Shown: positions 1-14,220, numbered from the stretch's first letter. The stretch: DNA of 64,000 bases from Octopus sinensis (GCF_006345805.1 NC_043009.1:52204001-52268000); one strand, 5' to 3'. Translations and numbers: made by a program. Notes: generated by a model not told the origin, from the letters alone.

Positions 1-298
1 ATTTGTATGTATGCATGTATGTGTGAATGCATGTCTGCCTCTTCTGCATTTAATCATTTAAATTCTTCCACTGAAGGAGCTACTTTCTAAGAAAGATACA
101 AAGCTCTATCTTTGGAATATAGATAACGAAAACAATGCCACGTTTTAAACGTGAGAAAAGTTTTGCATTTTTTTACTGTTCTACATAAAGATTGTATTTT
201 TAATGCGCAAAACTGTTGATTAATTCCTTTTTCTGAAAATCAAAGCTGATCCAGATTGACAGTTAGGCATTTATTTACAAAACTAAATGCTCCAATAA

Positions 299-640
299 TT
301 ACTGGTATGAAATTAAATTTGTAATCCGGACATAGAAGCTAGATGTTTTGAAGCAGTTTCCATAGTAGTCTTCTTTCTCTTCGAAAATCAAAGAGATATT
401 CATATTAGCAGGAAAGATGACCTCTATTATGGTACATACTTTTCCTTGTGTCTCAAACAACAAAATCCCGCCTGTTATGCCTACACTTGACAGATATTTT
501 GATGAGAATGTTCCACCAGTTTTTCTTGTCCTGGTATTTGTGTAGGTATTCAATAACACTGGGATTCTCCATATTTATTCCAGGACAGTCTTTTCCCCGA
601 ATGGTGTTGTATATTGTTTTTGCGACAACGTCATGTCGCA
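299..640 (-). mobile_element. Decayed RLE-type (R2/R4/NeSL-like) non-LTR retrotransposon, restriction-like endonuclease region
   Basis: Two minus-strand frames join across a frameshift: RHDVVAKTIYN...WWNILIKISVKCRHNRRDFVV, then ...KVCTIIEVIFPANMNISLIFEEKEDYYG. This matches the RHD...HNRPDIV...IIEVxxP...EEK layout of RLE (PD-D/ExK) domains. Confidence 0.7.
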
Positions 641-1254
641 TAAGTATGTATGTATAATGGACGTATGAATGCATGTATTTATGAACGATGTATGATGTAT
701 GCATAAGCACTTGTACACATACATCCCAATGCATGGTTTACCGAAGTAGTCGTTTCTTCGTTTATACTCTGTTCGTGCTTGTCTACTGCACTCCGTTACG
801 AGATGGCTTATAGTTTTGCTCCTTTTCCCACAGATTCTGTGTTTGAAAGTGGTCCGAAACTTCTTTCAAATTCGTTCTAATAACTTGCCCATGAGTGACT
901 ATATCCTAAGATTATGTTTATTGCTTCACGTTTCAGTCTGTCAGCAATAATCAGTGTTCATTACGGCTATTCTCCTCCGCTTGTTACATGAGTTGCTCAT
1001 TTAATAATTCTTTCTTTTCAAAAAAATTTCCTGTACTTTTTCATTTTGTTGTTATATTCTTTCACTCTAGCAGCGGATATTCTTTTGTCACTAACAACAA
1101 CAAACTAGCTTCATTATGTATGACTTCTGTATCCCCCCCCCAAAAAAAAATTGTATCCTTCACTTTATTAATATTTTTAGTTTGTTTCATAATTTTTTTC
1201 TTTGTATCACATCGAAATGGTAGAATTCAAGTGGGTTCGATCTTGGAAAGAACT

Positions 1255-1760
1255 CACCACATGTAATCGCATTCATCCAAGTACTTCTCTATGATCTTCA
1301 CCGTTCCTAACAAGCAGGCCAAAGACATGTTTCCATGTTCGTTTGCAAGCCAATCATTTCTGACCAGACCTTGAGACTCTTCTCCGTCGTTCGTAAGGCT
1401 CCAGTGACAATTACTACGGCTTTTTTTCTGCAATCCTCTAATCGTTTTATCTCTCTGTTCAGGTCCTGGTATATATCTAGACTGCTGAATTCTACTTTTA
1501 TTCTTGCATCAAATAGACAGGAGAGATAGGTATTTAGTCTGCTACCACTTCTCAAGCATGAAGATATATAGTCTGTTATGCTCGAGAATAAGATCCGTTC
1601 GGATGGGAAAGTCCTAAACCAGTTGAACTTATTCTCCGTCACTTCTTCAGTTACATGTTCATATAACTTGTATTTTGATGAAACGTCAGATCTCGGTCCA
1701 CATTTCCCAATGTATGGTCAATGCAACATTATATCATGCCTCCAAGATATGCACGATTTC
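1255..1760 (-). mobile_element. Decayed RLE-type (R4/Dong-like) LINE C-terminal fragment
   Basis: Frameshifted minus-strand peptides: RHD...KYKLYEHVTEEVTENK...DFPIRTDLILEHNR...SCLFDARIK...YQDLNREIKRL...KAVVIVTGALRTTEKSL...ACLLGTVKIIEKYL. This is the typical RLE C-terminus (V.GALG...LLGTA.ILRKVL). Confidence 0.75.
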
Positions 1761-1848
1761 CGTGCGGTTTTGGTATATATGTATCTAAATGTAAAGAAAT
1801 ATACGCATATATATACAAGTATATATAAATACATATATGATACATCTG

Positions 1849-1886
<38 letters not shown>

Positions 1887-2272
1887 GCTCTCGGCCGCCG
1901 GGTATGTTTTGCGTCTGCGCGGATTTACAAACCGTTAGAGCTACACGTGCTCTAACGCTCTGTGCATCTAGGATTTAGAAGGCAACCCACTGACGAACCT
2001 TGCGTGGGCAAACATATTCTGTATGTTTTGCTAGAAAGAGATAGAAACTGATCAGTCTGGGAGACATCTATAATGGTAAATGTTTTAGATTTTCATTCCT
2101 TTGATGAATTTATCCTTCTTTGTGTTTCTAGCACTTGCTTCCTTATTTGGGAGCCTTTATTATGTTTCTATACGAAAAATATATTAGTCTAATGACTAAT
2201 TCGTCTTTTGTGCTAGGCCACTGGTAATAATAACTTATGTTATTACCCTTTTTAATTATATATATGTATATA

Positions 2273-2350
<78 letters not shown>

Positions 2351-2408
2351 ATCAGACAAACAGAGAAATAGATAGATATATAGATAGCTAGATAGCTAGC
2401 TAGCTAGC

Positions 2409-2518
<110 letters not shown>

Positions 2519-2757
2519 TTTATGCAACTCATATAAGAACTAAGCTTATTGGTTGAGCAATCACTGGTATGGCAATATTCCAATGTCCGTTTGAGCAGGA
2601 AGGTGAACACGGAAGCCAAGGGATATTGCCGACCGAATGTGCAATAACCTCATCCACGACCATTGGTGGTATTTTGCATGGGCAATAATCATTGATGATC
2701 TTCCTCGTTTGCGATGTGACAGCGTTCATATGTATGTATGTAGGTATGTATATATAA

Positions 2758-2791
<34 letters not shown>

Positions 2792-2987
2792 TACGATTTG
2801 GCTCAAAATGACTTCTCTATGAATTGACCGCTGCCAAATATACAAGCCAACGAAATGGAAACCTGCCACCGGCTGCAGCACGAACTTCTTTACAAATGCA
2901 CATGTTTGTATTTATCTCTCCCTATATATAAATATATATATATATATATAGATATATATATATATATATGATACATATATATGTATA

Positions 2988-3025
<38 letters not shown>

Positions 3026-3051
3026 CATATATATGTATATATATGTGTTAT

Positions 3052-3085
<34 letters not shown>

Positions 3086-3699
3086 GAATATATATGTACA
3101 TATATATGTATATATATGTGTATATATATATTATATATATATATATATATGCATCTTATCTCGTATTATATGATAAAATTAGACATAAGTAGTAATTAGA
3201 CATGCATGAACATCAGACGGTACATATTAATTCGCCTAATCAAGGCATTTATATCCTGAGAGTGCTCTACGTCAGTACTTGTAGATTGTTAAGTTCACTT
3301 CAGAAATGATTGTGTGATATACAATACTACGTCCTTAAAAGTCCAACAACACGTTACTTATTCTAAGTGCCAACCATAAAGAGAACCATTGTGTAAGTCA
3401 ATACATAGACTTACATATAAGAGGAAAATAAGTGAAAGATACACACATCCATGCATAAAAACGCCCGCACACGCGATAGACAAAGAAATGGACAGACAGA
3501 TAGACAGACAGACAGACAGACAGAGAGTTAGACAGAGGGAGGGAGAAAGAAATACGATTGAATAGATGGATAGATATAGATATAGATATAATCATATATA
3601 CATAAGCATAAGAATTAATATATATGTATATGTATATATATATATACGTTTAAATATTTGTTGTGCAAGATGACTGGCAATATGACCATTCCGAAATAT

Positions 3700-3750
<51 letters not shown>

Positions 3751-4595
3751 TATATGTGTGTGTGTGTATGTGTGCGTGTCTGTGTGCGTGAATAGGCATA
3801 TGAGTGTCTATACACATATTTATACATATTTATGAATATATTTATGCGTATACACATATGCATATATATGTTCCTGTGTGTGCTTGTGTGTGAGAGAGAG
3901 TGTGTGCATATGTATGTGTATCAACTTATAACACAAATTGTAAGTACTTAATGTTAAAGTATATTATAAATAGCGTAAATATGTATGTAAATCTAAAGGT
4001 GGTGTGGTTATGAATATTAATAAATATCCATGCATATACACACAACCATGAGTATACACTATACATATGCATTTAATTTTATAGGCACGCACATACATAA
4101 ATATTTACATTCACATATACATACATACATACACGGCTATTCGATTGGCTGTGTCTTCTGTAACGCTTGGCGAGTCTCTTGCATTCAGCCTAATGAAGCA
4201 TCGAGAGATATCTTGTGAATATCTCCTTGAAGAATCCTGTCCTTTCAACATGAATTGCCTAGTAACGGCATCAACTTGTACAGGACTCAGACTCTTATTG
4301 TGTTAGAAGCTGTCAATGTTTACCATTCTCACTACTTTGACACACTAAACTCGAAGGAAAACACAAATTTCTTCTTTAATTACTGTTTCTGTATTTGCCA
4401 AAAGTGTATGCCAGATATCAACGCAGTAGAAGACAACAACTGAATAACGTAAAATAACACACGGCGATAGAATGGCTAATTCGATATTATAAAAACATTT
4501 ACATAAGGTATACCGCTGAATTACATCTTTACCTGTCACTATCAAGTTTCCTGCGATAAGGGCTTTCGTCAATACTATTATCTATCTATCTATCA

Positions 4596-4713
<118 letters not shown>

Positions 4714-5027
4714 CTATGTGTCTGTATAGGTGTGCGTTTATGTGTCAGTTGAATATTTAAAATTTAAAGTAAATTGAAAGATATCCAAATTGCACAGTTC
4801 ATACCCCGATTCGGATTTGCTATTATATGCTCTTGAATAATAACTTTCTCGTTTACGTTTATTCATATCTGGTCTTCGTCTCTCTCTCTCCCTTCTCTCT
4901 ATTTCTCTCTCTCTCTCTCCATCTCCCTTTTCTCTATTCTCTCTGTATATGTATATGTAAAACACAATATTTATGTATCTATAGTGTATATGTATGTGTG
5001 TCTGTGTGTATACACCACATATACGCA

Positions 5028-5067
<40 letters not shown>

Positions 5068-5072
5068 TACAC

Positions 5073-5146
<74 letters not shown>

Positions 5147-5204
5147 ATATAATATAAGTAATATAATATAATATATAATATATAATATATAATATATAAT
5201 ATAT

Positions 5205-5320
5205 AAAGAAAATGGAGATTGGAAAATTAATAATTGTTTATCATTAACAACAAATCAATCATCATGATTGATTTGTTGTTAATAATAAACAATTATTAAC
5301 TTTCCAATCTCCATTACTTT
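5205..5320. repeat. Near-perfect inverted repeat, about 50-bp arms
   Basis: 5211-5260 (aatggagattggaaaatt...caaatcaatc) is the reverse complement of 5266-5315 with 2 mismatches. Confidence 0.9.
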
Positions 5321-5533
5321 TTTTTTTTATATAAATATAAACTATGTATTTTCATATATACCTACTATTTTAAGGAAATTAATAACCCCAAAATATTATG
5401 TATTGAACCTGTATTTCCTTGAATGAAGTCATTCTTTCATGAGGTTAGCACAACCTCTAATTTATATATACAGACATATAGTATATATATATATATAAAT
5501 AAATAAATAAATATATATATATATATAATATAT

Positions 5534-5565
<32 letters not shown>

Positions 5566-5755
5566 TATATTGTGTGTGTGTGCTACCTGGCGTACCCTCG
5601 CCTGTTCGAAGTTTCTAATGACACAGCTTCGTGTATCACATAGCTAGCTAGCTAGAGGCAATGGCCCCTTGGAGCTAATCAACGGTAGCATTCGTCCTAC
5701 TTTTCTGAACTACCAGGTTAGCTTGGTGATACCTATTAATATATACATACATACT

Positions 5756-5787
<32 letters not shown>

Positions 5788-5792
<5 letters not shown>

Positions 5793-6660
5793 CAAGGAAT
5801 TTATGGAAACAAGAACAGTATTGGATAAAGTGAGGAGTAAACGACCCAAATTGTCTCAGGAAAACATCGATCATTTAAGAGGAGCATTTGATAGTTGTCC
5901 TATAAATTCCATACCAATTGCTACCACTTAGTTATGGCTACACACTAGTTACAGCTTGCACAAAGTTCTTCACAAATTCTTTTTGATTGTACGCTTACAA
6001 CGTGCAACTGCAACAGGCACTCCAACCAAATGATAAATCATGACGAAACGAGTTTGCACTTAACATTCTAGAACGAATTTCTGAGGATGCAGCTTTCCTA
6101 AATCGTGTTTGTCTTAGTGATGAGCAACCTTTCATGCTTCTGAGAAACTGAACACACATAATGTGATTATTAGGAGATCAGAACAGCCCCATTTGACAAG
6201 GGAACTTCACTGTGATAGACCAATTGTGAATGTCTGGTGTGGGATGATATGCAAGCGCATCACAAATCCAAAATTTTTAGAAATATTTACCTTGATCTTT
6301 TGACTGAATATGTGCAGCCACAACTGGGTATCTATTAACCAGCTGTTATTTTCCAGCAGGATGGTGTGCCACCACAATAGGAACTACATGTTCGTGGGTT
6401 CCTAAATTAGATATTTCTAGATCGATGGATTCGTAGGGATGGCACAATTCCCTGGGTACCTCGTTACCCGGATATCACTTACCTAGCATTTTTATGGGAT
6501 GATGTTAAAGACACCGTGTATCGAAGAAAAATACGGGACATCAACGACCTTGAAGCAAAGAATCACTGTTATCCTTGCCACCATTGATAAAGTTACGATA
6601 CAGTGAACATGGCAAGTAATTGATTACAGTCCTGGTGTGCTTTGTGCAACTAGTGCATTG
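5788..6660 (+). mobile_element. Decayed Tc1/mariner-superfamily transposase, DD41D (rosa-like) spacing
   Basis: Stop/frameshift-interrupted peptides: RVCLSDE.TFH, VNVWCG, VIFQQDGVPP...VRGFLN...DRWIRRDGTIPWVPRYPDITYLAFLW...VKDTVY. There are 41 residues between the QQD aspartate and the expected (mutated) third acidic position. No TIRs identified. Confidence 0.8.
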
Positions 6661-6734
6661 AATGAGGCAACAAAACTTCACTGTCTACTCCTCATTTTGT
6701 AATAATTTCGACAGGTTTATTTGCATTGAATTAC

Positions 6735-7480
6735 AAAAATATCGTCGATATATGATTTTCCTTTCCTGAATCCAGCTTGGTCTTAGCGAAGGAATTGGTC
6801 AACTGCTGCTGTTATGCGCTGCAATATGATATAGGTGAATCTATTACTGGTGGTTGATAATTGGAGAGTGATTCCTCTCCAATTATTATTACTGTTTGAT
6901 GCATCACATTTCTTTAGTAATTCAACAATTAGACCTTTTTACCAGCTGTTTAGTATTTCCTCATTGATCTAGATATTTTGTAAAACTTTTTGCAAAATAA
7001 TTGGTAATGTTTTAACCTCTGCTTTAAGCATTTCAGCACAAACTCTATCTAATTCTGATGATATCCCATTTTTTTGTTTCTGATTTACGTATAACGTTTA
7101 CGACGTCGTTTACCGTGATCTCTCCAGTTTTGATTACCAAGTCCTCATCTGCTTTTTTTCAGTTGAGATTATGACCTCCGGGCGATTATGGATAGTTTGC
7201 AAGTGGTTCTTCCATAATTCTAGATTGGTTTTTACGTCAGTTACTTATACAAGTAGATCGTAGTATCTTCCTTGATCGCCATAACGACGCATTTTCATTA
7301 TTTTGTACAATGATCTTAAACCTTTACGTTTGGCTGATAATTCAGCTTCTTCAGCTCATTGGTGTGTGTTTCTCCGTTCGACAGTCCGTACAGATTTCTT
7401 TACTGCCTTATCGTAATTCCTATATTGCATCATATACTTTTCTTCTCGTTTGGTTGATGTATAAGTGAGAAGCTTCCTCT
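6735..7480 (-). mobile_element. RTE-clade-like LINE fragment (linker + N-terminal RT)
   Basis: Minus strand with stops: DKAVKKSVR...AEEAE...LRSLYKI...LWKNHL...NRP, then DRVCAEMLKA...W.KGLIVELLKK...NNWRGITL...IILQRI...DQAGFRKGKS.IDDIF. Confidence 0.8.
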
Positions 7481-7488
7481 TTATTACT

Positions 7489-7770
7489 AAAGCCGTGTGA
7501 GAGGATTTTGGTAGACGGAAACTAAAAGAAGCCCGTCGTATATATATATATGTTTGTGGTGTGTGTGTGTGTGTTTGCCCCCACCCAACATCACTTGACA
7601 ACAAATACTGGTGGTTTTATGACCCCGTAACCTAGCGGTTCGTCATAAGAGGCTGGTAGAATTCGTGCTAGGCTTTAAAAGAAAATGCCCTGCGGTCGAT
7701 TTGCTCGACTAAATGCGGTGCTCAAGCATGGCCGCAGTCAAATTACTGAAGCAAGGAAAAGAATAAAAGA
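7489..7770 (+). mobile_element. SINE family B, 5'-truncated copy
   Basis: Shares ggtagacggaaact.aaagaagcccgtcg, the internal TA/TG tract and gcggtgctc.agcatggccgcagtcaa with the full copies at 26159 and 41150. Confidence 0.8.
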
Positions 7771-9319
7771 ATGTATTCTGTTCTTTTTTTTTGCATCATT
7801 TCCCATTTGTAATGGTTTCAGGCATAATGTCTTTCATGCTGTACCGCAATAAAATATCTTTCAATCATTGCATAGAGTCATGCACATTTCATTCTATATT
7901 GCAAAGCTTTTAAATCTATTATTTTCGTGTGCTGTATACCATGCAGTTAATTGAGTTCTAGGTATTTGTAGAGCAGTGTATGCTCCATCTCTCTTATCTT
8001 AGTTTCTTCATTTACTATATTATATGTGTTCTTAATTTACGTCTCTTCAATGTTCCCTAGGAGCATTTTTCTACTTTGAATTTCATACCAATTTATTTGG
8101 TAAATCCATGTACCTTCTGTCGTAAAGCTCTCACTTGTTCGTCAAATACAAATGTGTAAATTGAGGTGGGCAATATTTTCGCAACATAACATTTATATCG
8201 AAGCCCAATCCCTTTTACCAAGTCGGTTGATAGTGTCAGTAGCGAAACAGAAACGAATGGAGACAGGGAATTCTCTTAAAATATTACTCTTTTAATGAGA
8301 TTAGATTTCCTGTATATAATAACCTCTTTTATATGAACAAAATCGTTTCCCATTCAATCATAAATAATTCTGGTGGCCAATATATGACATGGACAACCCA
8401 ACATTGCTAAGGCTTCGTTGATGAGGTATTTGTCTTTATAGCCATATGAAACACATCGCTACATAAGAAAGTGACATATTAAACCTAATATTTTTCTAAA
8501 GGCAAGGAAAGACATGGCCAAAAACCCTTTTTTTAAGTACGAATTGAAACTCTGATCACTTTCCTGCAAAATGTATGTAGCTTCATTCTTGCATTCGTGT
8601 GTCTTCTTCATTTAAAATATTTTAGTCTTGGTTTCAATTCCACGCTTATATTTGAGACGTATAATTTTGCTCACGAATCTGCTCAAATATATACGTATAT
8701 CTGTTGTAGACTGAGCAATATAATGTCTATGCTTCTGATTTAGCTCAAAGACAAGCATTATCTATCTAGTAGAACACTGACACGTTAGCTGTGGTCGTCT
8801 AGTATTTTACTTAGACCTCGAACGTCAATTAGAAAGGGGCAGCTGCTTTCATATCTGGTTTCTATATAAAAATAAAAAATGACATCTACTCCAAGATGTA
8901 ACAATTTTTCTGAAGGAGACTGTAGACAAAATTTGAGAATTCTCTGAATTTATGCAGAGGTTTAACCCCAAATTTTAGAGCACGGGTTCATTTAAATATT
9001 AATATTCATTATCAGTCATTTTCCTTGGCTATTCGCGAGGAGGGTATTTTTTCCATTATATAACCGATATAGGTGCCTATCCAGAATCAAAATTGGTGTA
9101 TGTAGGTAAAGTAGTAATCATAATTTCCGCCCAAGAATTTGACATTATTGAATATACCGTTATGTAATTCTTAGCTGGGAGGCCAAACAGCCGAAATAAG
9201 TGCTTTCCTCGAAACTTCAGCAATAATGGAAGATTACGTTGAAAAAATTTTGCAGCACAATGCATACTTATTAATCTCCTTCAAACCATCACTTTGCCTC
9301 TTGACACACACACACTAAC

Positions 9320-9372
<53 letters not shown>

Positions 9373-9375
9373 ACA

Positions 9376-9421
<46 letters not shown>

Positions 9422-9495
9422 ACAAAGAGAAGGGAGAGCAATATATATGTATATATATGTGTGTCTTTGTATATGAATATATGCTGCAATGTAAG

Positions 9496-9554
<59 letters not shown>

Positions 9555-10082
9555 CATATGTATATATAAAGTGTATATGAGTAAGCATCCGCCGAATGTC
9601 TGTACTAGTTATATGAATACACAAGCGCATGTTCAAATTTGATTTCTTTGTTTATTCGAGTTTTTACGCTTATCACATTATATCGGAATGTCATGGACTC
9701 TTAGCGTTACTTGCGGCATAAGACACTGTTCGTAATTTGCATGCATTTATCTGAAGTTTATTTTGATTATAGTAGTGTCAACAATAATATGTTTGAAGGC
9801 CTGAAACGCAGTCTTCCTCTCTTTCTACGTACATATTATTCTTTTTATGGAGTTGCTCAGATGCAAACGTAGCATTACGCAATAGGTTCGATACCCGCGG
9901 TAAATTTATCTGGTTATTTTCTTATCTACTGCCAACAGTCTTTTTCTTTCATTTTTTTTGGGTGGGGAGAGGGGCTTTCCTTGTCTTAAGAATGAATATT
10001 CGTCATTATATTTACATTTGAATAATTCCAAAAACATAAACCATACCAAATTTGAAAATGCTTCCGTTAGAGTATGCTAACG

Positions 10083-10114
<32 letters not shown>

Positions 10115-10129
10115 TATGTATGTATGTAT

Positions 10130-10600
10130 ATTAGATAAATTGAGATAACAAAGCCAAGAATGTGAGGAGTTTTCAGGACACTTATTTGGAAAAAGATATA
10201 GATATAGCCTTAGAGGTGTTTCTGGGATATTATGGACAACCCTTCATCAGAGACGATGTGAGATGGTTAAAGAGAGGTAAATATTTGAGTTCAAAATGAT
10301 GAATTATTATGGAAAATGAGGACATAGGGTATACACAGGAAAATAAGAGAATGAAAGTAGAAATTTGATATAAAATATATAAAGAGATTATAGTTGCAGT
10401 TCCGTTATTCGAGGAAAGTGTTGCATAGAAGTGGTAAAGGATTTCCTGTGCATGGTATGCAATCTCCAATAGTATTACATGTTTAGATATTTCAAAGTAT
10501 GGAATCGTGGATTCTGTGTTACTCATTCGAAAGTGTCTTATGGTGTGAAAGAAAATTTGAGAATGCATTGGTAGTATTTGTGGATAGATGGTGGGGGAGA
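10130..10600 (-). mobile_element. Probable decayed 3' end of a Penelope-like element with a terminal hammerhead-like motif
   Basis: A degenerate GIY-YIG-tail-like peptide (HFRM...FEISKHV...) is followed by a CUGAUGA...GAAA motif at 10250-10210. The protein similarity is weak. Confidence 0.45.
10208..10253 (-). ncRNA. Decayed minimal hammerhead motif, canonical C3-G8 core
   Basis: Minus strand: UCU-CUGAUGA-AGGG(UUGUCCAUAAUAU)CCCA-GAA-ACACCUCU-A-AGG. Stem III is a damaged ACAGCUGU-type palindrome (inferred ancestral state). Confidence 0.5.
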
Positions 10601-11123
10601 GATGTATATGATTAGAATGAGGAGATAGGTCAAAATGAAAACGTGAAGAGAAAGTGAGAGGAAGAAAGACAGAAAAAAAGAGAGAAAAAATTTGAAAGAG
10701 AAAGTGAACAAGCTATGAAAGAAGTGAGAAAAGGAGTGTTAGTTGGTGGTCAAGATAATGTGACGGGAGGATAGACGAGGTGTGGGGGAGTGATAGGCAG
10801 AGATGAGAATGTAAAGAGTAAATAAGTGTCAGATACGTGACTAAGGGTGATATGACAGAGCTGCATTAAGGGATGGGTAGATATAAGGTATGGCTGTGGC
10901 TTTAGTAGTAAAATTCAAAGTGGAGTGAAGAATACAAGGATGTCAAAGTTCTATAAATAGACGTATGTGATTAAATAGGCTAGTGTGATAGTTAGGAATC
11001 AGAGAGGAGGAAAGAAAGTATAACGACTTACGTACTCGCGGATACACATACATATGCATGAGCGCATATGTATACATACATATATAGACATACACATATA
11101 TACACATATATACATACGCATAC

Positions 11124-11154
<31 letters not shown>

Positions 11155-11329
11155 CATGCATGCTTACGCGCACCCATAAATGTATTCATACACGCACATG
11201 CGTACGCATACATATATACATACATGCACACGCACATACTGATACATCCGTATACATATACACGCACCAAATCATATATATTTGTATAGGCTTATGCACG
11301 TTATACATACACACACTCATATATATATG

Positions 11330-11427
<98 letters not shown>

Positions 11428-11459
11428 GTATAAGGGTGAAAAGGAACACACGAGTTGAT

Positions 11460-12738
11460 ATATATGAAAAAACAAGTAAAAAATAGAAAATGCTAAAATA
11501 ATTTATAGTGAACATTTCAGTACCGGTTTCGGTCATTTTGAGACCTTTTCATCATGTAACGATTAAATAATTAAATTTAGAAAAATTAGAAGAAAAGTTT
11601 TTTTAAAAGAATATTTCTATAGTAGTGTTCAGATTTAAATGGGCATTCTGCCTTTCTCTGACTCCCTTGTTGCACTTGTGTGTTCGAGGTAGTTGTGAGT
11701 TCTTGGTAGGGTAGTAGAGGGAAGGCTGGTGAGGAAAGGGGGGTGGGAGAATCTGGGAGTGCCCTGATGGTCGTATTTTGAATGGTCAGTGGCGGCTGGC
11801 AGTCTCAGTTCAATTCAGGAGATATTTATATTGACAGGCTTGTTTATAGAATTAGCGTAGGTGTTATACTAAAAAAATTAGTGACAAACTTAAGGGGTAG
11901 GGGGTGGAGAAGAAGAAGTAGAAGAAGAAGAAGAAGGAGAAGGAGAAGGAGAAGATGACGATGATGGTGATGGTGGTGATGATTATGACGACGATGATGA
12001 TGATAACGATGATGAAGAAGAAGAAGAAGAAGAAGGAGGAGAAGGAGAAGATGGTGGTGATGATGGTGGCGATGATGATGATGCCGATGATGATGACGAT
12101 GATGATGAAGAAGAAGAGGAAGAAGAAGAAGAGAAAAAAACAGAGAAGGGAGAATATGAATGGGTGTAAATATAGCTATGAAGGGGCTGATTAGTAATGG
12201 ATTCTATGGAGTGTAGTAGTTTGTGTGTGTATATATATTTTTTTTTTATTCTAAAGTTGAGGTATATTAATTGTTTGTCGTAGACCGTTAAGAAGTGGCT
12301 TGTATTTGTAATAAAGAGATTTTCTTTACTTATTCGTTGTCTCGAGGTTGTATCGTCCTAAATTGGTAGAGGGGGAAAATTCTGAAGTTTGGTGTTTTTT
12401 TGTTGGCGCAAGTATCTATGTGTTGGCTAAAAGCTATTTTTCTGTTTTGGGAATTTTTATCTGGGATCTGTGCAGGGCCATTCGTTACGCAAACCATTTT
12501 TTGTTTGGCCTATGTACTGCTCTTGACACCCGGAGCAGGTTAGTGAGTATATTAGGTTCTCCGAAGCACATGTGAAGTTGCTTTTCACTGTAAAACGTTG
12601 TCCCTGTTTGAAGGAGAACTCAGAACCCTCGATTAGATAGTCGCATATCCCGCAATTGGGTCTTCCACATTTTTTTACTGTCGGCTTCTGTGTTGAAGAG
12701 TGAATTCGGGCTTGTGTAAGGAGACTTTTCATGGATCT
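11460..12738 (-). repeat. Left arm of about 1.28-kb inverted repeat (pairs with 13764-15043)
   Basis: Inner junction ...catggatct|gttaaa at 12738 mirrors agatccatg... at 13764. Outer ends: atgaaaaaacaagtaaaaaatagaaaatgc versus gcattttctattttttacttgttttttcat. Confidence 0.93.
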
Positions 12739-14220
12739 GTTAAAACCACTCCTCAAAACATGTCAAAAGCTATATAAGGGACGACTTAGATATGCTCAAT
12801 CACCTACCGAATACTATAAACAAAAGCACCATACTGGTATCCTTCGATGTAGTACTCTACTCCAATATCCCCACAACCTAGGACTAGAGGCAATCCAATT
12901 CTGGCTAGAGAATCACGCCAACGAACTACCACACCGCATCAAAAAAGAATTTGTGATAGAAGGGGTTAAATTCATCCTGGAAAATAACTTCTTCGCCTTC
13001 AATGACAACTTCTACCGACAAAAATCGGGGACTGCGATGGGTACACGAATGGCCCCCTCCTTTGCCAACCTAGTCATAGGATACCTAGAGATCAGTCTGT
13101 ATCGTAGGTTCTAGAAAGATATGGCAGCCCTTTCTCCATCTACATAGAAAACAACTGGAAGAGATATCTAGATGACTGTTCATCCTTTGGCATAAAAATA
13201 TAGAAAAACTCATAGAATTCCAGAAAATTTTAAACGGACTGGACGTAAACATCCAATTCACGATGGAATATAGCCAACAACAACCCCCTTCCTCGATATC
13301 CTCATTAAGAAAGCTAATAATATAATAGAAACAGACACATATACTATAAGCCACAGGACTCTAAGCAATATCTTCCATTCAATTCATGCCACCCAGACAC
13401 ACCAGGATGAATATCCCCTTCAATCTAGCAAAAAGGATATGCACTATAGTCTCTAACGCAAACACCAGAGACACACGACTACAAGAACTAAAAGATACCC
13501 TAATCACCAGGAACTATCCACCTTTACTTATTGACAAAATGCATTCAACGTGCCCTTCAACTTAACATCAAGGAACTGAGACATCCCAAATCAAAGAAAA
13601 ACTTACAACCAAAAGCCTTACCATACATCTCCACACACAACCTCTCAATAACGAAGCCTTCGACACCATCCCCAACAACATTACCCTCTAAAAAAAAGAC
13701 CACAGAATGAACACAATCCTCCCAAAACACACGATCATAAAAACAAAAGACAAAAGACAGCCTAGATCCATGAAAAGTCTCCTTACACAAGCCGAATTCA
13801 CTCTTCAACACAGAAGCCGACAGTAAAAAAATGTGGAAGACCCAATTGCGGGATATGCGACTATCTAATCGAGGGTTCTGAGTTTCTCTTCAAACAGGGA
13901 CAACGTTTTACAGTGAAAAGCAACTTCACATGTGCTTCGGAGAACCTAATATACTCACTAACCTGCTCCGGGTGTCAAGAGCAGTACATAGGCCAAACAA
14001 AAAATGGTTTGCGTAAACGAATGGCCCTGCACAGATCCCAGATAAAAATTCCCCAAACAGAAAAATAGCTTTTAGCAACACATAGATACTTGCGCCAACA
14101 AAAAAACACCAAACTTCAGAATTTTCCCCCTCTACCAATTTAGGGACGATACAACCTCGAGACAACGAATAAGTAAAGAAAATCTCTTTATTACAAAAAT
14201 ACAAGCCACTCTTAACGGGT
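12739..14220 (+). pseudogene. PLE reverse transcriptase and GIY-YIG endonuclease, multiply frameshifted
   Basis: YRQKSGTAMGTRMAPSFANL (RT motif), RYLDD at about 13162-13176, PFLDILI, HPRHT...IPFNLAKRICTIVS, and CGRPNCGICD...CASENLIYSLTCSGCQEQYIGQTKNGLR (Cys-rich linker + GIY-YIG). Many 1-nt indels. Confidence 0.92.

Noticed and set aside
1988-2020. CUGACGA motif near small hairpins
   Set aside because: The GAAA half is missing (GCAAAC) and the stems are not supported.
8113-8700. Minus-strand coding-like stretches with possible splice sites (e.g. LVKGIGLRYKCYVAKILPTSIYTFVFDEQVRALRQK)
   Set aside because: No family recognised and no consistent exon chain could be built by eye; a homology search is needed.
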